From an archaeon (lineage in GTDB: Archaea; SpSt-1190; DYHY01): DNA of 64,000 bases. The position numbers and the translations under genes are program-made. Below, in pieces: positions 47,945 to 58,361 of the stretch (positions within the stretch are counted from its first letter, which is position 1; every line of letters begins with the position of its first letter). The notes under the pieces are model-generated. The model saw nothing but the letters and a program-made list of their open reading frames with translations, was not told where the DNA came from and ran no database searches. The DNA lies in contig JBBIPP010000009.1 of NCBI GenBank assembly GCA_037442745.1, positions 1 to 64,000 on the forward strand, given 5' to 3'.

Positions 47945-49360
47945 TTGCCTGAAAAATTATTTAATTGCCCTTCATTGCACTTGCCTGTGAAGTTCGGGCT
48001 TCCGGTATGGCACGGGAACATTGAATCAATTGAGAGCGAAATAAGGAGGGCTTATTTGCTCGGGTTCGATTATGTCGAAATATCCCTCGATTATCCCTGG
48101 CCAGAGACACTTTCCAAAAGCAGGATAAAAAAAATTGTCGGACTTGCCCGTGATTTGGGAATAGGAATTGCTTTCCATGCCCCCCCAGAAGGGGTTGATA
48201 TTGGGAGCCCGTTTCCGGAAACCAGGAAAAATTCTGTGAAATTCTTGCTTTTCCTTGTCAAATGGTCAAAGCAGTTTGGCCCCCTCTACCTGAATTTCCA
48301 CGGGAGCGCAGGGGAGCAATTCAGCCCCTCTGATGACGACCTTTTCCTCGGGGCAGTCCTTTCCGCAACAAGGAGGAGCGCGAGGGAAATTTCCTCCGGC
48401 GCAAGAAAGCTCAGAGTTCCGGTCACTTTCGAGAACACTCCGGACCCAATTTTCGGGATTTCGAGAAACATTGACTTTATTCTCGGGTCAGGGGTCAGCC
48501 TGTGCCTTGACATTGGGCATTCCGAAATAATTAATTGCGTTTCGAAGAAGGTTCTCGGAAAGGAGGATCGCCAATACAAGAAATGGGCAAAACTTTCAGG
48601 GAAACGCATCCTGACAATACATCTTCACAAGGTGAAGCGGGGAAGCGACCATTATCCGTTCTCAAAAAAGGACAGGGAGCTGGGGAAAGGGTATGGGGCT
48701 CTTGCCAGGAACTCGCGCGCAAAGTTCACGACAATTGAGATAATGAAAGAGGAACATGGAGCTGTCCACAAAGTGTCTGACCGGACAATGAAATCCTGCC
48801 TTGAGGCTGCGCGCTCATGGACGGGAGAAGAGGGGGAAGACCCCGGGAAGAAGTTTGTTTATTCGGTAAAAAGAGAGCACCTTTCGTTCCTCAGGTCATC
48901 TGGGCGCGGAAAAATCGTTTCGGGGGAGATAAGGGAAGCGGACCTTCCGAAAGGTCGCCGGATAATTGTTGTTGGAGACGAATGCTCCGCCAAAATCCCA
49001 GTATCTTCTGTCTTTAGCCTTTTTTATGATGGGAAAACCCGGAGGCGCAAGGTTTCTTCCAAGAAGCTCGAGAGGCTTTCCTCGTTTCGCCTGCCGGAAA
49101 TTAGGGTTGAAAACCCGAGGGGAAAAATAACAAAGGAGCTATGGAATGCCTCAAAAACCGCGCTTGCCAAAAGAACGAAGGTTTTCGTCAAGGGTGAAGA
49201 GGATTTGGCAACTCTTGCAATAATTGCCATTGCCCCTTTGGGAACTGTTGTTGTGTATGGGATTCCCCTAAAGGGCTCTTGCATACTGACAATAGGAAAG
49301 GAAGAACGGGAGCGGGCCCGGGAACTTATTGGAGAGGGCGTTGATTATGCAATCAGCTGA
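47945..49360 (+). CDS. Fusion of a xylose-isomerase/AP-endonuclease-2-like TIM barrel and DUF359 (GTP-dependent dephospho-CoA kinase family)
   Basis: N-terminal part: GFDYVEI, FHAP, FEN, CLDIGH, IHLH, DH. C-terminal part: VVGD, DGKTRR, VENPRGKIT, VKGEEDL, VVYGIP. Start position uncertain. Confidence 0.8.
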   Translation: MPEKLFNCPSLHLPVKFGLPVWHGNIESIESEIRRAYLLGFDYVEISLDYPWPETLSKSRIKKIVGLARDLGIGIAFHAPPEGVDIGSPFPETRKNSVKFLLFLVKWSKQFGPLYLNFHGSAGEQFSPSDDDLFLGAVLSATRRSAREISSGARKLRVPVTFENTPDPIFGISRNIDFILGSGVSLCLDIGHSEIINCVSKKVLGKEDRQYKKWAKLSGKRILTIHLHKVKRGSDHYPFSKKDRELGKGYGALARNSRAKFTTIEIMKEEHGAVHKVSDRTMKSCLEAARSWTGEEGEDPGKKFVYSVKREHLSFLRSSGRGKIVSGEIREADLPKGRRIIVVGDECSAKIPVSSVFSLFYDGKTRRRKVSSKKLERLSSFRLPEIRVENPRGKITKELWNASKTALAKRTKVFVKGEEDLATLAIIAIAPLGTVVVYGIPLKGSCILTIGKEERERARELIGEGVDYAIS

Positions 49361-50381
49361 ACGGAGCCTTCCCTATGGAATTGTCGGATTCGACCCCGGG
49401 AACACTTCTGCAATCGGGATTGTCGATTTCGAAGGTAACGTCCTTTTGGTGGAAAGCTTCAAAGGAGAGCCGATTGAATTCTTTGCGAGGAAAACGGGCG
49501 AAGTTTGCATCCCGTCCATTTTCGCGTCGGACGTCACGCCAGTCCAGGGCGCAACAAAAAAACTCGCCTCCTTCTTCAGATGCAAGACATGGGCGCCCGA
49601 TATTGACCTTGGAATACTCGAAAAAAGGCGGATTGTTTTCGAGAATTTTTCGGGGAAAACGGACGTCCATGAGAGGGACGCGCTTTCAGCCGCATTATTC
49701 TGCCTTTTTTCATATTCCGGCTTTTTTGAGCGAGCCAGAAAGAAGGGGATTTCCGACTGGAAGCGCCGGGCGCACGATGTTCTGAAAGGGGATGCTGTAA
49801 ACCTTAGTGCGGAGGAGCGCTCAGAAATATTGAATCTTGAGCGCGAGCGAAAGGATAGCCTGCCTTTTTTCCTAAAGGAGCGGATTTTGAAGGAGCGAAT
49901 AGCCTCGCTTGAAAGGAGGTTTTCGGCCGAGAGGGAGCGGGCAATCCGGCTTGAGCGGGAACTTTTGCGCGAGCAGAAATCTTCTAGGGGAAGGGCTCCT
50001 GTGAAAGTGGAGAGAATTGTTGTCGAGAACAGGGAACTTGTGAGAAACGCGGCGCTTGAGAGCGAGAACGCAAGAAGGGTTCTTGAAAGCCTCTCCGGGA
50101 AGGGAAAGCTAATCCTCCTAGAATCGGGAAAGCCCGTTTCCGGAGGGCTCCTCTATGTCAGGAATTCGGACAGCCTGACAGAATCAGCAATATTCTCATG
50201 GAAAGTGAAAATTGTCTTTTCTGAGGAGGGAAACAGGAAGCTCCCTTGCAAGAACCTGCGGATTTCCGGCCGAAGCATATTTAACGGACGCTTCTTCATT
50301 GCGCGGGAGGAGGAAATCTTTCTTGGGAAAGATGAGGAACGCGAATGGCAGAAAAAATATCTGGAGTTCGTTTCTCGTTAG
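49347..50381 (+). CDS. DUF460-domain protein (RNase H-like fold plus coiled coil)
   Basis: IVGFDPGNTSAIG, ASDVTP and HERDALSAA. Confidence 0.85.
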   Translation: MQSAERSLPYGIVGFDPGNTSAIGIVDFEGNVLLVESFKGEPIEFFARKTGEVCIPSIFASDVTPVQGATKKLASFFRCKTWAPDIDLGILEKRRIVFENFSGKTDVHERDALSAALFCLFSYSGFFERARKKGISDWKRRAHDVLKGDAVNLSAEERSEILNLERERKDSLPFFLKERILKERIASLERRFSAERERAIRLERELLREQKSSRGRAPVKVERIVVENRELVRNAALESENARRVLESLSGKGKLILLESGKPVSGGLLYVRNSDSLTESAIFSWKVKIVFSEEGNRKLPCKNLRISGRSIFNGRFFIAREEEIFLGKDEEREWQKKYLEFVSR

Positions 50382-50898
50382 ACTCTCGTACAAATGGAGG
50401 GAGATTTTCGGATTCTTCGGGATTTTCCTAGCGCTCTCAATACCTCTCTACATCCTGATATACACAAAGGCTGACTTTACTTTCGCCCAGACAGAGGTCG
50501 CGCGCCAGGTCGCCTTCCTCTCAAGGCTAATCGGAAATCCGGCGGTTTCTGAAGGCTATCTTGTCCGGAGCGGAAACGTTGTCCTAGAAGTTATCGAGGC
50601 GTGCGTCGCATGGAAGGACATTTTCGCATTCATTGCCCTCGTTCTTGCGGTCCCGAACAGGACAATCCGGGCAAAGGCAATAGGGATTGTTCTCGGGTCA
50701 ATTGGCATATATTTCGCGAACCTTGTGAGGCTCCTGACAGTCCTAATTGTCGCAATCAAGGAACCGTCGCTCGCGGAGGTCGTGCATTCTGTTCTCTGGA
50801 AATTCGGAATGATTTCGATTATACTCGTTTTCTGGATAGTCTGGATGCTCGCCTCCGGGAAAGTGATAAATAAGGAAAAAACCGGCCGTGCGGAATGA
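50332..50898 (+). CDS. Exosortase/archaeosortase family protein
   Basis: Cys-Arg-His pattern (EVIEAC, NLVR, VH) within TM segments; start uncertain. Confidence 0.8.
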   Translation: MRNANGRKNIWSSFLVRLSYKWREIFGFFGIFLALSIPLYILIYTKADFTFAQTEVARQVAFLSRLIGNPAVSEGYLVRSGNVVLEVIEACVAWKDIFAFIALVLAVPNRTIRAKAIGIVLGSIGIYFANLVRLLTVLIVAIKEPSLAEVVHSVLWKFGMISIILVFWIVWMLASGKVINKEKTGRAE

Positions 50899-51530
50899 AC
50901 TGGGGATTTATGTTTTACTGCTTCATAACGTTCTTCCTGATAATTGACGCTGTCGCAAACATCCCCATTTTCAGTGGCCTCATTTCCGGAAAGCCGGAGA
51001 AAAAAAGGAAGAAAATCGTCAGGCAGGCCCTCCTAATTGCGGCAATTGTCCTCGGGGTTCTAACTGTTGTCGGAAAGCCCTTCTTTTCCTCCCTCGGAAT
51101 CGAGATGTATTCGTTCAGGATTGCCGGAGGGATTCTCCTTTTCATAATCGCCCTCGAAATGCTCTTTGGCAAGCACACGCGAACGGAATATAGCGAGGAA
51201 GAGAACCGGAACGCAAAGGAACTAGACGACGTGACAGTCACTCCAATGGCAATCCCTCTTCTGACGGGCCCGGGCGCAATAACGACAGGTATTGTGCTAT
51301 TTGATTCGGCGAGCCCGGCGGACAAGCCTCTTGTGCTAGTCGGACTTTTTTTAGCATTCCTCGCATCTTGGATTGTCCTTGAGCTCGGGGAACGAGTTTT
51401 TGAAAAAGTTGGGCCAATTGCGGTAAAAGTTGTCGTGAGGGCAATGGGGCTCGTTCTTGCAGGAATTTCTGTCCAGTTCGTTTTCAACGGGCTTTCCGAA
51501 GGAATACGGACAATTTGGCCAATCTTATAA
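50895..51530 (+). CDS. MarC family integral membrane protein
   Basis: SFRIAGGILLF, PMAIPLLTGPGAI and RAMGLVL. Confidence 0.93.
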   Translation: MNWGFMFYCFITFFLIIDAVANIPIFSGLISGKPEKKRKKIVRQALLIAAIVLGVLTVVGKPFFSSLGIEMYSFRIAGGILLFIIALEMLFGKHTRTEYSEEENRNAKELDDVTVTPMAIPLLTGPGAITTGIVLFDSASPADKPLVLVGLFLAFLASWIVLELGERVFEKVGPIAVKVVVRAMGLVLAGISVQFVFNGLSEGIRTIWPIL

Positions 51531-51556
51531 AGTAAAAGAGTATTACGTTGTATTAC

Positions 51557-52960
51557 ATGGATAATTTGAAAATAAATCCGGCAATATTTCGGGCATATGA
51601 TGTCAGGGGAATTGTCGGAGTTGACATTGACAATGAGAGAATGGCTCTCTTCGGCAGGGCATATGCGGAATATTTCAAATTGGTAGGGGCCGATTCGGTT
51701 GTCTTGGGGCACGACAACAGGTCAACTTCCCCTTCCCTTGCGAAATCACTGGCGGAAGGGCTGATTGCTTCGGGAATTTCCGTCACAAATATCGGAGAAA
51801 TAACAACTCCTTGCATTCTTTTCGCATGCAGGCATCTCGGAATCCGGGCGGGGCTAGTTGTTTCCGCAAGCCACAATCCGGCGAAATATAACGGAATAAA
51901 GCTTGTCTTGGATGGCAAGGACAGGGGTGGAAAGGTAATTGAGGCAGTCAGAGATATTGCGATTTCCGGGAAATTCTCGGAACCGGAAAAGAGGGGGGGA
52001 TATTACGAGAGGAGCATTTTCGGCGAATATCTTGAGGCTCTCTCGAAAGGAATTTCACTTGGCAGGAAAATGAGGGTCGCAATCGATTGCGGGAACGGGG
52101 TTGTAGGACCTTACGCGACGAAATATTTCAGGAAAATAGGGTGCGAGGTAATTGAGGTCAATTGCGAGAGCGACTCCAATTATCCGAACCATCCGCCTGA
52201 TACGGTGAAACCTGAATACTATCCGCAGCTGATACGGGCAGTCAGGGAGAATTCGTGCGACCTCGGGCTAATGTTTGACGGGGACGGGGACAGGATTGCC
52301 GGGGTTGATGAAATGGGAGAAATTCTCTGGGCCGACAAGTTACTGATTCTTTTCTCAAGGGAATTCCTGAAAACGAGAAAAGGCGGAAAAGTTATTGTCG
52401 AAATAAAATGCTCTCAGGCTGTTCTTGACGATGTGAAAAACCACGGGGGAATTCCAATATTGTGGCAGACCGGCCGGACGAAAATAGAGGACAAGATGTT
52501 CGAAGAGGGGGCTATTCTCGGGGGCGAGATGAGCGGGCACATGTTCTTCCGACTCCCTGACGGGACTGATTGGCTCTCGGAAGCCCTCTATGCAGGTGGC
52601 CTTGCCTGCCAGATAATTTCCAATTCAGGAAAGACAATTTCGGAACTTTTGTCGGACATTCCAAAATACTATTCAACCAAGGAATACCGCCCGCACTATT
52701 CGGGAAAGCCCGAAGAGAAGAAATTCACCCTAATGGATGAGATTGTCTCCGATTTCAAGAAGGAATGGGGGGACAAGGTCCTTGACATTGACGGGGCGCG
52801 GATCGACTTTGGCTATGGCTGGGCATTGGTAAGGGTGTCAAACGGGGAGCCAGTTTTCTCAATAAGGTTCGAAGGGAAGACTGAAAGAGATTTGGAAAAA
52901 ATCGTCTCCCTTTTCAGAGAGAGAATGAAGAAATACCCCGAAATAGAGTGCGACTTTTGA
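51557..52960 (+). CDS. Phosphomannomutase/phosphoglucomutase
   Basis: IFRAYDVRG, SASHNP, FDGDGDR and GEMSGH. Confidence 0.96.
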   Translation: MDNLKINPAIFRAYDVRGIVGVDIDNERMALFGRAYAEYFKLVGADSVVLGHDNRSTSPSLAKSLAEGLIASGISVTNIGEITTPCILFACRHLGIRAGLVVSASHNPAKYNGIKLVLDGKDRGGKVIEAVRDIAISGKFSEPEKRGGYYERSIFGEYLEALSKGISLGRKMRVAIDCGNGVVGPYATKYFRKIGCEVIEVNCESDSNYPNHPPDTVKPEYYPQLIRAVRENSCDLGLMFDGDGDRIAGVDEMGEILWADKLLILFSREFLKTRKGGKVIVEIKCSQAVLDDVKNHGGIPILWQTGRTKIEDKMFEEGAILGGEMSGHMFFRLPDGTDWLSEALYAGGLACQIISNSGKTISELLSDIPKYYSTKEYRPHYSGKPEEKKFTLMDEIVSDFKKEWGDKVLDIDGARIDFGYGWALVRVSNGEPVFSIRFEGKTERDLEKIVSLFRERMKKYPEIECDF

Positions 52961-52962
52961 GA

Positions 52963-53541
52963 ATGAAGGGGAAAATCTCGCTTTTCTATGTGGAACAGCC
53001 GGCTTTTCTAGAATATGGGGGAAGCGCATACTGGTTTTACTCCAAAGGCAGGGTTGGAAAAATTCCTGAATATTGGGAGCTCGAGAGAAAAAGGCGGCTA
53101 GTGAAAATCCGAGAGCGGGCAGAAGAGGTTCTCGGTAGTGGTGGAATTGTTGTTGCCAATTGGGGAATTGCATCCCTTGAGGTTCCTTTTCCCGAAGGAA
53201 CAATCGGATGCATTTTTTCTGATTATAGAAGAGTTTTGGAGGAACTCGGAGAGTCTCATTTGGAGGGGAGGGCCGAATTCGCAGGAGCCCATATGTGGGC
53301 GCTCCCGGAAAATGGAAGGGGAAATCTTGTTTTGGGATGTGTCTCCGATTCAGCAAGAGTCTTTCTCGAAGGAAAAGGGAGCGAATTCGAAAGAGTAGGA
53401 CTTTTGCCGGAACTATCCCTTTTTTACACGGGAAAACTAGGGCAAAAAATACCAAGAAACTTTGAGGAAGGCTGTTGCTATTACCCAATAGGGCTGGGAG
53501 AGAAAGCCGGCCTATACTGCGAACGGTCTCTTGTCGGCTAG
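52963..53541 (+). CDS. Hypothetical protein
   Basis: ORF fills the gap directly after the mutase gene; no recognisable motif. Confidence 0.55.
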   Translation: MKGKISLFYVEQPAFLEYGGSAYWFYSKGRVGKIPEYWELERKRRLVKIRERAEEVLGSGGIVVANWGIASLEVPFPEGTIGCIFSDYRRVLEELGESHLEGRAEFAGAHMWALPENGRGNLVLGCVSDSARVFLEGKGSEFERVGLLPELSLFYTGKLGQKIPRNFEEGCCYYPIGLGEKAGLYCERSLVG

Positions 53542-53813
53542 ACAATATCCTCTTCTGAGACAATCAAAAAGTCCCCGACTGAGATTACTGCTGAAAAGGG
53601 AACCCTGAAAATCCCCGTCTTGTCCCCGGCGACAATTCCCCTGCAATAGTCTGTGGGCTTTGTTATCAGGATGTCAATAAGCTCCCCTGTCCTCGGGTCG
53701 AAGCGGATGTCCCCAACTTCTCCGAATTTCCGTCCTTCCTTACTCACAATCACTTTTCCTAGAAGCGTCCGCGAGTGTTTCTGTATTTCATTGTTCTGTC
53801 CTGCTGGGGCCAT
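53538..53813 (-). CDS. PRC-barrel protein (CdpB-like)
   Basis: LLGKVIVSKEGRKFGEV.DI.FD..TGEL...VPFSAVISVGDFLIV; GGTGA RBS. Confidence 0.88.
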   Translation of the reverse strand: MAPAGQNNEIQKHSRTLLGKVIVSKEGRKFGEVGDIRFDPRTGELIDILITKPTDYCRGIVAGDKTGIFRVPFSAVISVGDFLIVSEEDIV

Positions 53814-53921
53814 TCTTCGATATTCACCTTTTTCTGAGATTGCTAGTGGTTCTTTCTTTCCCCTGCCAATTATATAAAGTTTTTCAGTCAATAATGCCTG
53901 ATTCGGGCGTTTTCGGGGGTT

Positions 53922-54560
53922 TTACATTGCGGCGTTCGCGAGGAAAGCTATTCCAGCCCCGAAAAGGGAAGCTAGGAAATTGACCTGGTGCTTGTTCAGA
54001 ATTCCATTGTTCTCAAAGATGGCTCCAAGAAGGCTGTCGAAATTGGCTCCTAGAAAGCCTGAGATTGCGCCCAAGGAAAGGGAATGAAATAGGGAAATTT
54101 GTGGAAAGAATAGGAAGAAAATCAGCCCAATTGCAAGGCCGGACAATATTGATGCCAGCTCCCCAAGAAGAGTTATTCCCCCGTTAGTCCCGGTCTTGAC
54201 GGACTTTCCTGAAGTTATCAGTATTGGGGGCTTTTTTGAGAGCTGTCCTATCTCCCCTGCAAGCTTGTCTGCTGTTATTGCCGAAACTGCCCCGAGGAAG
54301 AGGACTGGATTTGAGAAAATCGCGGTTGTTGCCGGAACCGCTCCGTTAGCAAGAACGTTCCTCCACCCCCTCGGCTTGTGGACTCCCTTCACTGATGAGC
54401 CGTATTTCGTGAAAAATGCGGCAATTAGGAAGAAAGCAAGAAGGACGAGAAAATACCCGATTCCCGATGCCAAGAGGATTATTGCCAGAGGAATTGAGAA
54501 GAGGATTCCCTTTGAATCTAGGCTGTCAAAAACGAATTTCAAGGAAATTGATGTGCCCAT
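53922..54560 (-). CDS. DUF92 (TMEM19-like) membrane protein
   Basis: RGWRNVLANG, ADKLAGEIG, GTNGGITLLG, DSLLGAIFE and VNFL. Confidence 0.92.
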   Translation of the reverse strand: MGTSISLKFVFDSLDSKGILFSIPLAIILLASGIGYFLVLLAFFLIAAFFTKYGSSVKGVHKPRGWRNVLANGAVPATTAIFSNPVLFLGAVSAITADKLAGEIGQLSKKPPILITSGKSVKTGTNGGITLLGELASILSGLAIGLIFFLFFPQISLFHSLSLGAISGFLGANFDSLLGAIFENNGILNKHQVNFLASLFGAGIAFLANAAM

Positions 54561-55006
54561 TGGTTTTCCTCTCCTTCTGGCCCGGGTTTTCTGACGGGAA
54601 GCCCTTCCCTTGTCTCCGGGGAGAACCAGTCAATGAATTTGAATAGGGGATTTGCGGATATTGATATTTTCACCGCGCCTAGAGGGCTCTCGCCTTCTGA
54701 ATCCACAATTGACACCTTTCCGACCGATAGCGCCTGCTTGTGGAGGAGGAGAAACGTTCCGTTCCCTGAAGCATTCGAGACAAGCCTTGAGCGGAAAGTG
54801 TCGAGAACCCTCTTTTCGAATATTCTTGTTCTCAGCTTTTCCATGTCTGAAAGGGAGGAAGCGCGTCCGACAATAATGTTCCCGATTCGCTCGAACGCCA
54901 CGTCCTCGAAAATCGCGAAAAAGAGGGAGCGGATTTTCTCCTCTGATTCTGTCGGGGCTATTTTCGTCGATATTTCGGCGGAAAATTCCAAATCCGCGGA
55001 AATCAC
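54539..55006 (-). CDS. UPF0201/DUF54 RNA-binding protein
   Basis: IAPTESEEKI, LDTFR, LHKQA...GKVS and ESPLG. Confidence 0.85.
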   Translation of the reverse strand: MISADLEFSAEISTKIAPTESEEKIRSLFFAIFEDVAFERIGNIIVGRASSLSDMEKLRTRIFEKRVLDTFRSRLVSNASGNGTFLLLHKQALSVGKVSIVDSEGESPLGAVKISISANPLFKFIDWFSPETREGLPVRKPGPEGEENQWAHQFP

Positions 55007-55584
55007 TGCGAATTGCCCCCTCCGCTCGAAAGCAATCTCCCTATTTCAGTTTTCGCTTTCCTCCTAAAATCCTCCAAGCTCGAATTGTTCTCGAGAACAA
55101 CGTCGGCTTCCTCCGTCAGCTTTGCAATTCCCCAGGCTCCCCCGGATTCGCTGTCCTTTTTCCTGACATCGTCAATTGTGCCCAAGTCATCCCATCGCTT
55201 CCTTGAAAGAATCCTCGAGTACCTAGTCTCGTTATTAGAAACTACTGCGAACACCCGGAGGGACGGATTTTGGGATTTCAGATAGCTGATTTCCTCCGGC
55301 GTGCGCGGGTCGTCAAAGCATATTAGGGCGTGTCCTTTCGCTTTTTTTTCGGCTTCGCGGGCAATCCAGTCTGGGCCAATCTCCTTTCTCAGGCGGTTTG
55401 CGACCTCTGTGACCGTGAACGCGTTTGTTTCAGTCTCTTCCCTCGCCTCCTTTCTAGTCACTTCCCTAGTAATGTCACCGAACGCGACAACGAAAAACCC
55501 GGCTTCGCGGGCAACTTCTGAGAAGGTTCCTTTGCCGGAGCCCGGGAGACCGACAACCGCAATTGCTTTTCCTTTTTCAGTCAT
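55003..55584 (-). CDS. UPF0200 nucleotide-kinase-like P-loop protein
   Basis: VVGLPGSGKG, GDI.RE, R...E and ADVVLEN; adjacent to UPF0201 as is common in archaea. Confidence 0.85.
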   Translation of the reverse strand: MTEKGKAIAVVGLPGSGKGTFSEVAREAGFFVVAFGDITREVTRKEAREETETNAFTVTEVANRLRKEIGPDWIAREAEKKAKGHALICFDDPRTPEEISYLKSQNPSLRVFAVVSNNETRYSRILSRKRWDDLGTIDDVRKKDSESGGAWGIAKLTEEADVVLENNSSLEDFRRKAKTEIGRLLSSGGGNSQ

Positions 55585-56275
55585 CTGAAACAATCGTCCC
55601 AGCTGTTCCGGCAATTGCCAATTCCAAGTCGGCAAATCTGCAGATAGTTGTCCTGATTTTCGAGCGAGAAATTATCTTTGCCCCGATAAAATCAAAAATC
55701 GGATAGTTTCCGGCAGTGCTTTCCAGGCCCTCGCATATTTTGATCATTTCTGAAAATGAGAGCTTTGGGATTAGCTTTGCATCCGGGAATTTCTTCGGGT
55801 CCTTGTCGAACACCCCGCCAACGTCCGTCAGGATATAGAGGTGCTCTGCGTCAAGATACTCCGCGACAACTGTTGCGACAGCGTCGTGGCTCTGGCCCGG
55901 AATCAATCCCCCCATGACAGGAGTCATTCCGCCTTCCGCAACATATCTAGCCTCTTCCAAAGTCTGGACGAACCTTCCGTCAGCCATTTTGGCAACAACC
56001 CGTGCGTTCAATCGCCCTATCTGGATTCCGAGCTCGTCTAGGAATGCCTCGTTTATCCCATAGCCCCGAAGAGCAGACACATAATCCCTGACAAGCTTAC
56101 CTCCGCCAATAACAAGCGCAACACGCTTTCCCTGGCTCTTGAAATATGTGACGTATTTTACAAGCTTCGTTATTGTCTCTGGGTCGGGCTTTCCCGGGAA
56201 GGCGACAGAGCCACCGACCTTGAGAACAACCATCCTCTTTCTGTTCCCGATTATTTTCTGCGCAACAGGCTCCAT
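55577..56275 (-). CDS. pyrH: Uridylate kinase
   Basis: VLKVGGS, VIGGGKLVRDY, DELGI, PGQSHDAVA and TDVGGVFDKDP. Confidence 0.93.
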   Translation of the reverse strand: MEPVAQKIIGNRKRMVVLKVGGSVAFPGKPDPETITKLVKYVTYFKSQGKRVALVIGGGKLVRDYVSALRGYGINEAFLDELGIQIGRLNARVVAKMADGRFVQTLEEARYVAEGGMTPVMGGLIPGQSHDAVATVVAEYLDAEHLYILTDVGGVFDKDPKKFPDAKLIPKLSFSEMIKICEGLESTAGNYPIFDFIGAKIISRSKIRTTICRFADLELAIAGTAGTIVSDD

Positions 56276-56341
56276 TTGGACAATTCTCTCCTCGAAAAGA
56301 AAAAACGCTTTAATTCCTTTAAAACATTCCCTATTGGAAGA

Positions 56342-56831
56342 ATTGCAGAGCAGTCTCCAAGGAGGGCTTTTGTCGCAATTGAGCAAGATTCCGAAACAGG
56401 GAACAGGATTTCGATTGTCGCCGGGAAAATTGGGCAGTTCGGGCTCCCGATGAAATATGCGGAACCAGAAAACTACCACATTAACCTCGATTTCCTCGGG
56501 GAAGTGAGAGAAAGGGAGCTAGCAGTCCAGGGTAAAAGTGGGAGGGGTTTTCCAAAAGCCTTGGCTATTTCAAAATAGCTGTCAAAGGGGTTTCCGCATT
56601 CCCGAACGCTTTCGCTCCGGGGGTAATTTTCGCCGGATGCGAATCGGCGGAGCTCGCTTCCCTAGGCTCCCGGGAGCTCGGGAGGGAATTTCTGCGGATT
56701 GTTCGAAAAGCTCTGGGAAATCGGCTTGGCACTTTATTGCAAAGGAAATTCTATTAAAGGAATGCGTTCTCGCTAGGGAAGTTCCTATATATTGGACAAT
56801 TGGGGAATTCAAACTGAGAGGAAAGCAATAG
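56342..56831 (+). pseudogene. RNA 2',3'-cyclic phosphodiesterase (ThpR/2'-5' RNA ligase) remnant
   Basis: RAFVAI...EPENYHINLDFLGEV, then FKIAVKGVSAFPN in a second frame and L.ECVL....PIY.TIGEFKL in a third. The second HxT motif is not seen. Confidence 0.75.
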
Positions 56832-56835
56832 AAAA

Positions 56836-57369
56836 ATGGCAACTGTTCCATCCGCAAAGCCGGGGTATCAGCAAGGGGCGAGGCAATATCCTTATCCAAC
56901 CCAGCAACAGCAGAGGCCGATTGGATACCCTCAGCAACAGCAGCAAATTCCGGCGGGATATTGGCAGCCTCCTAGGACGGGATACGCAATTCCCGGAACT
57001 CCGGGAGGGTACAAAGGGCCATTGGCTGAAAAGAAGGCTGACCCGAAAAAGGCGCTCTATCTTGTCGCGATAATTCTGCTTCTTGTCGGAGGCTTTCTTG
57101 TCTACAAAGGGTTCACGTCAACACCCCCGAAAATAAGCATAACGCTCGAAGGGCTTGGCGCAAAGGAGAGCGCAATTGTCGGAATTGTCTGCAAGCCCTG
57201 CGGGAGCGTTCAGGAGACAAGCCTCCAGCAGGTTGTGGGCAAGGACAATTACAAGGGGACGACAAAAACTCAATTCGGAACGGAGATAATGATTGCAAAA
57301 GCAAATGGAGACCAAATCTTTACCCTCTCAGACAAGGACTGGGTAAAATATATTGACAGGATTGAATGA
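56836..57369 (+). CDS. Hypothetical membrane protein with Gln/Pro/Tyr/Gly-rich N-terminus
   Basis: Low-complexity QPY-rich region, a single TM and a small C-terminal domain with CKPC. Confidence 0.7.
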   Translation: MATVPSAKPGYQQGARQYPYPTQQQQRPIGYPQQQQQIPAGYWQPPRTGYAIPGTPGGYKGPLAEKKADPKKALYLVAIILLLVGGFLVYKGFTSTPPKISITLEGLGAKESAIVGIVCKPCGSVQETSLQQVVGKDNYKGTTKTQFGTEIMIAKANGDQIFTLSDKDWVKYIDRIE

Positions 57370-58361
57370 GGGGAGTTTAAGACAGTCCGTTCAGCCGGAA
57401 CATCTCACCAGAAGGCCCGCTTCTGAACTGCCCTTGCCCGAAACTTTTGAGAGGGGCGCCAAACTTTCCGAAAAATCAACGCCCTTTCTTCCGGCGGATT
57501 CGGAAAGGCAGTAGAGCTCCCGAAGGGGTGCGTGCTTTTTCCCGGAAGAAAGCCTGCAGTCCGAGCAATTTCCTCCTTCGAGTATTCCTGGCTTTTTCTC
57601 CGGCTGGACAATATTTTCCTGAAAAGAGAGACTGTCTCAAGGATCTCCGCTTCGCTCTTGTGGAGGCCTATCAGGTCAATGAGGGATTTTTTCGCAAGGC
57701 CTGACGCAACATCTTTTGGAGGGGAGGGGGAGAAATTCGTCCGGCCTTTTACGGGGGGTCGGAAATATCGGGGTGCTCTGTCGGAGTCCTTGCCAAGGGG
57801 TTTGGCAGGGAGTTTGGGTCTGCGGAAGGGGTTCTCCAAAAGTTCGTTTCCTATTGCGAAAGGGAAATACCAAAGGTGGCTGAACAGCGAGGAATTTAGG
57901 GAAAACCCGGAAAAATCATCTGACTAGAGCGATAAATTAGGAATCTTCGTGACTTCTATACCTGTTGGGATGGACAAAGTTGGGGGAAAGGAGATGTGCA
58001 ATGAAAAATTGCTCATACCGACTTGAAATCTCCAAGAGCTCCCTTTTTTAGGGAGTTTCCGGTAATTCACAGAAAAACTAATGAATGCTTCCTTTCCTAA
58101 GCATAACCCAAGCTGAATTGTTCGCAAAACCAAGAAAAGGGGATTTCGCGCTTATTAGACTGCTCTCCCCAAAACTGATTGGACATGAGAGAGCAAAACT
58201 TCATATTGTCTATTGCGCAAACAAAACCTGCCAGAATTGAGTTGGCTCTATAAGTGTCTACTTGTCCCAAATGCGGTTCCTTTCAAGAGGGCATGAAAGA
58301 ACAAATAAGAGATTGCAAAACCAAAGCTTGTTGTTTTGGCCGGAACAGAAAGGTCGCCAAT

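Noticed and set aside
53895-53908. Repair-regulon motif upstream of the PRC-barrel gene (TGCCTGATTCGGGC)
   Set aside because: The spacing fits, but it needs a gap and a mismatch in the core.
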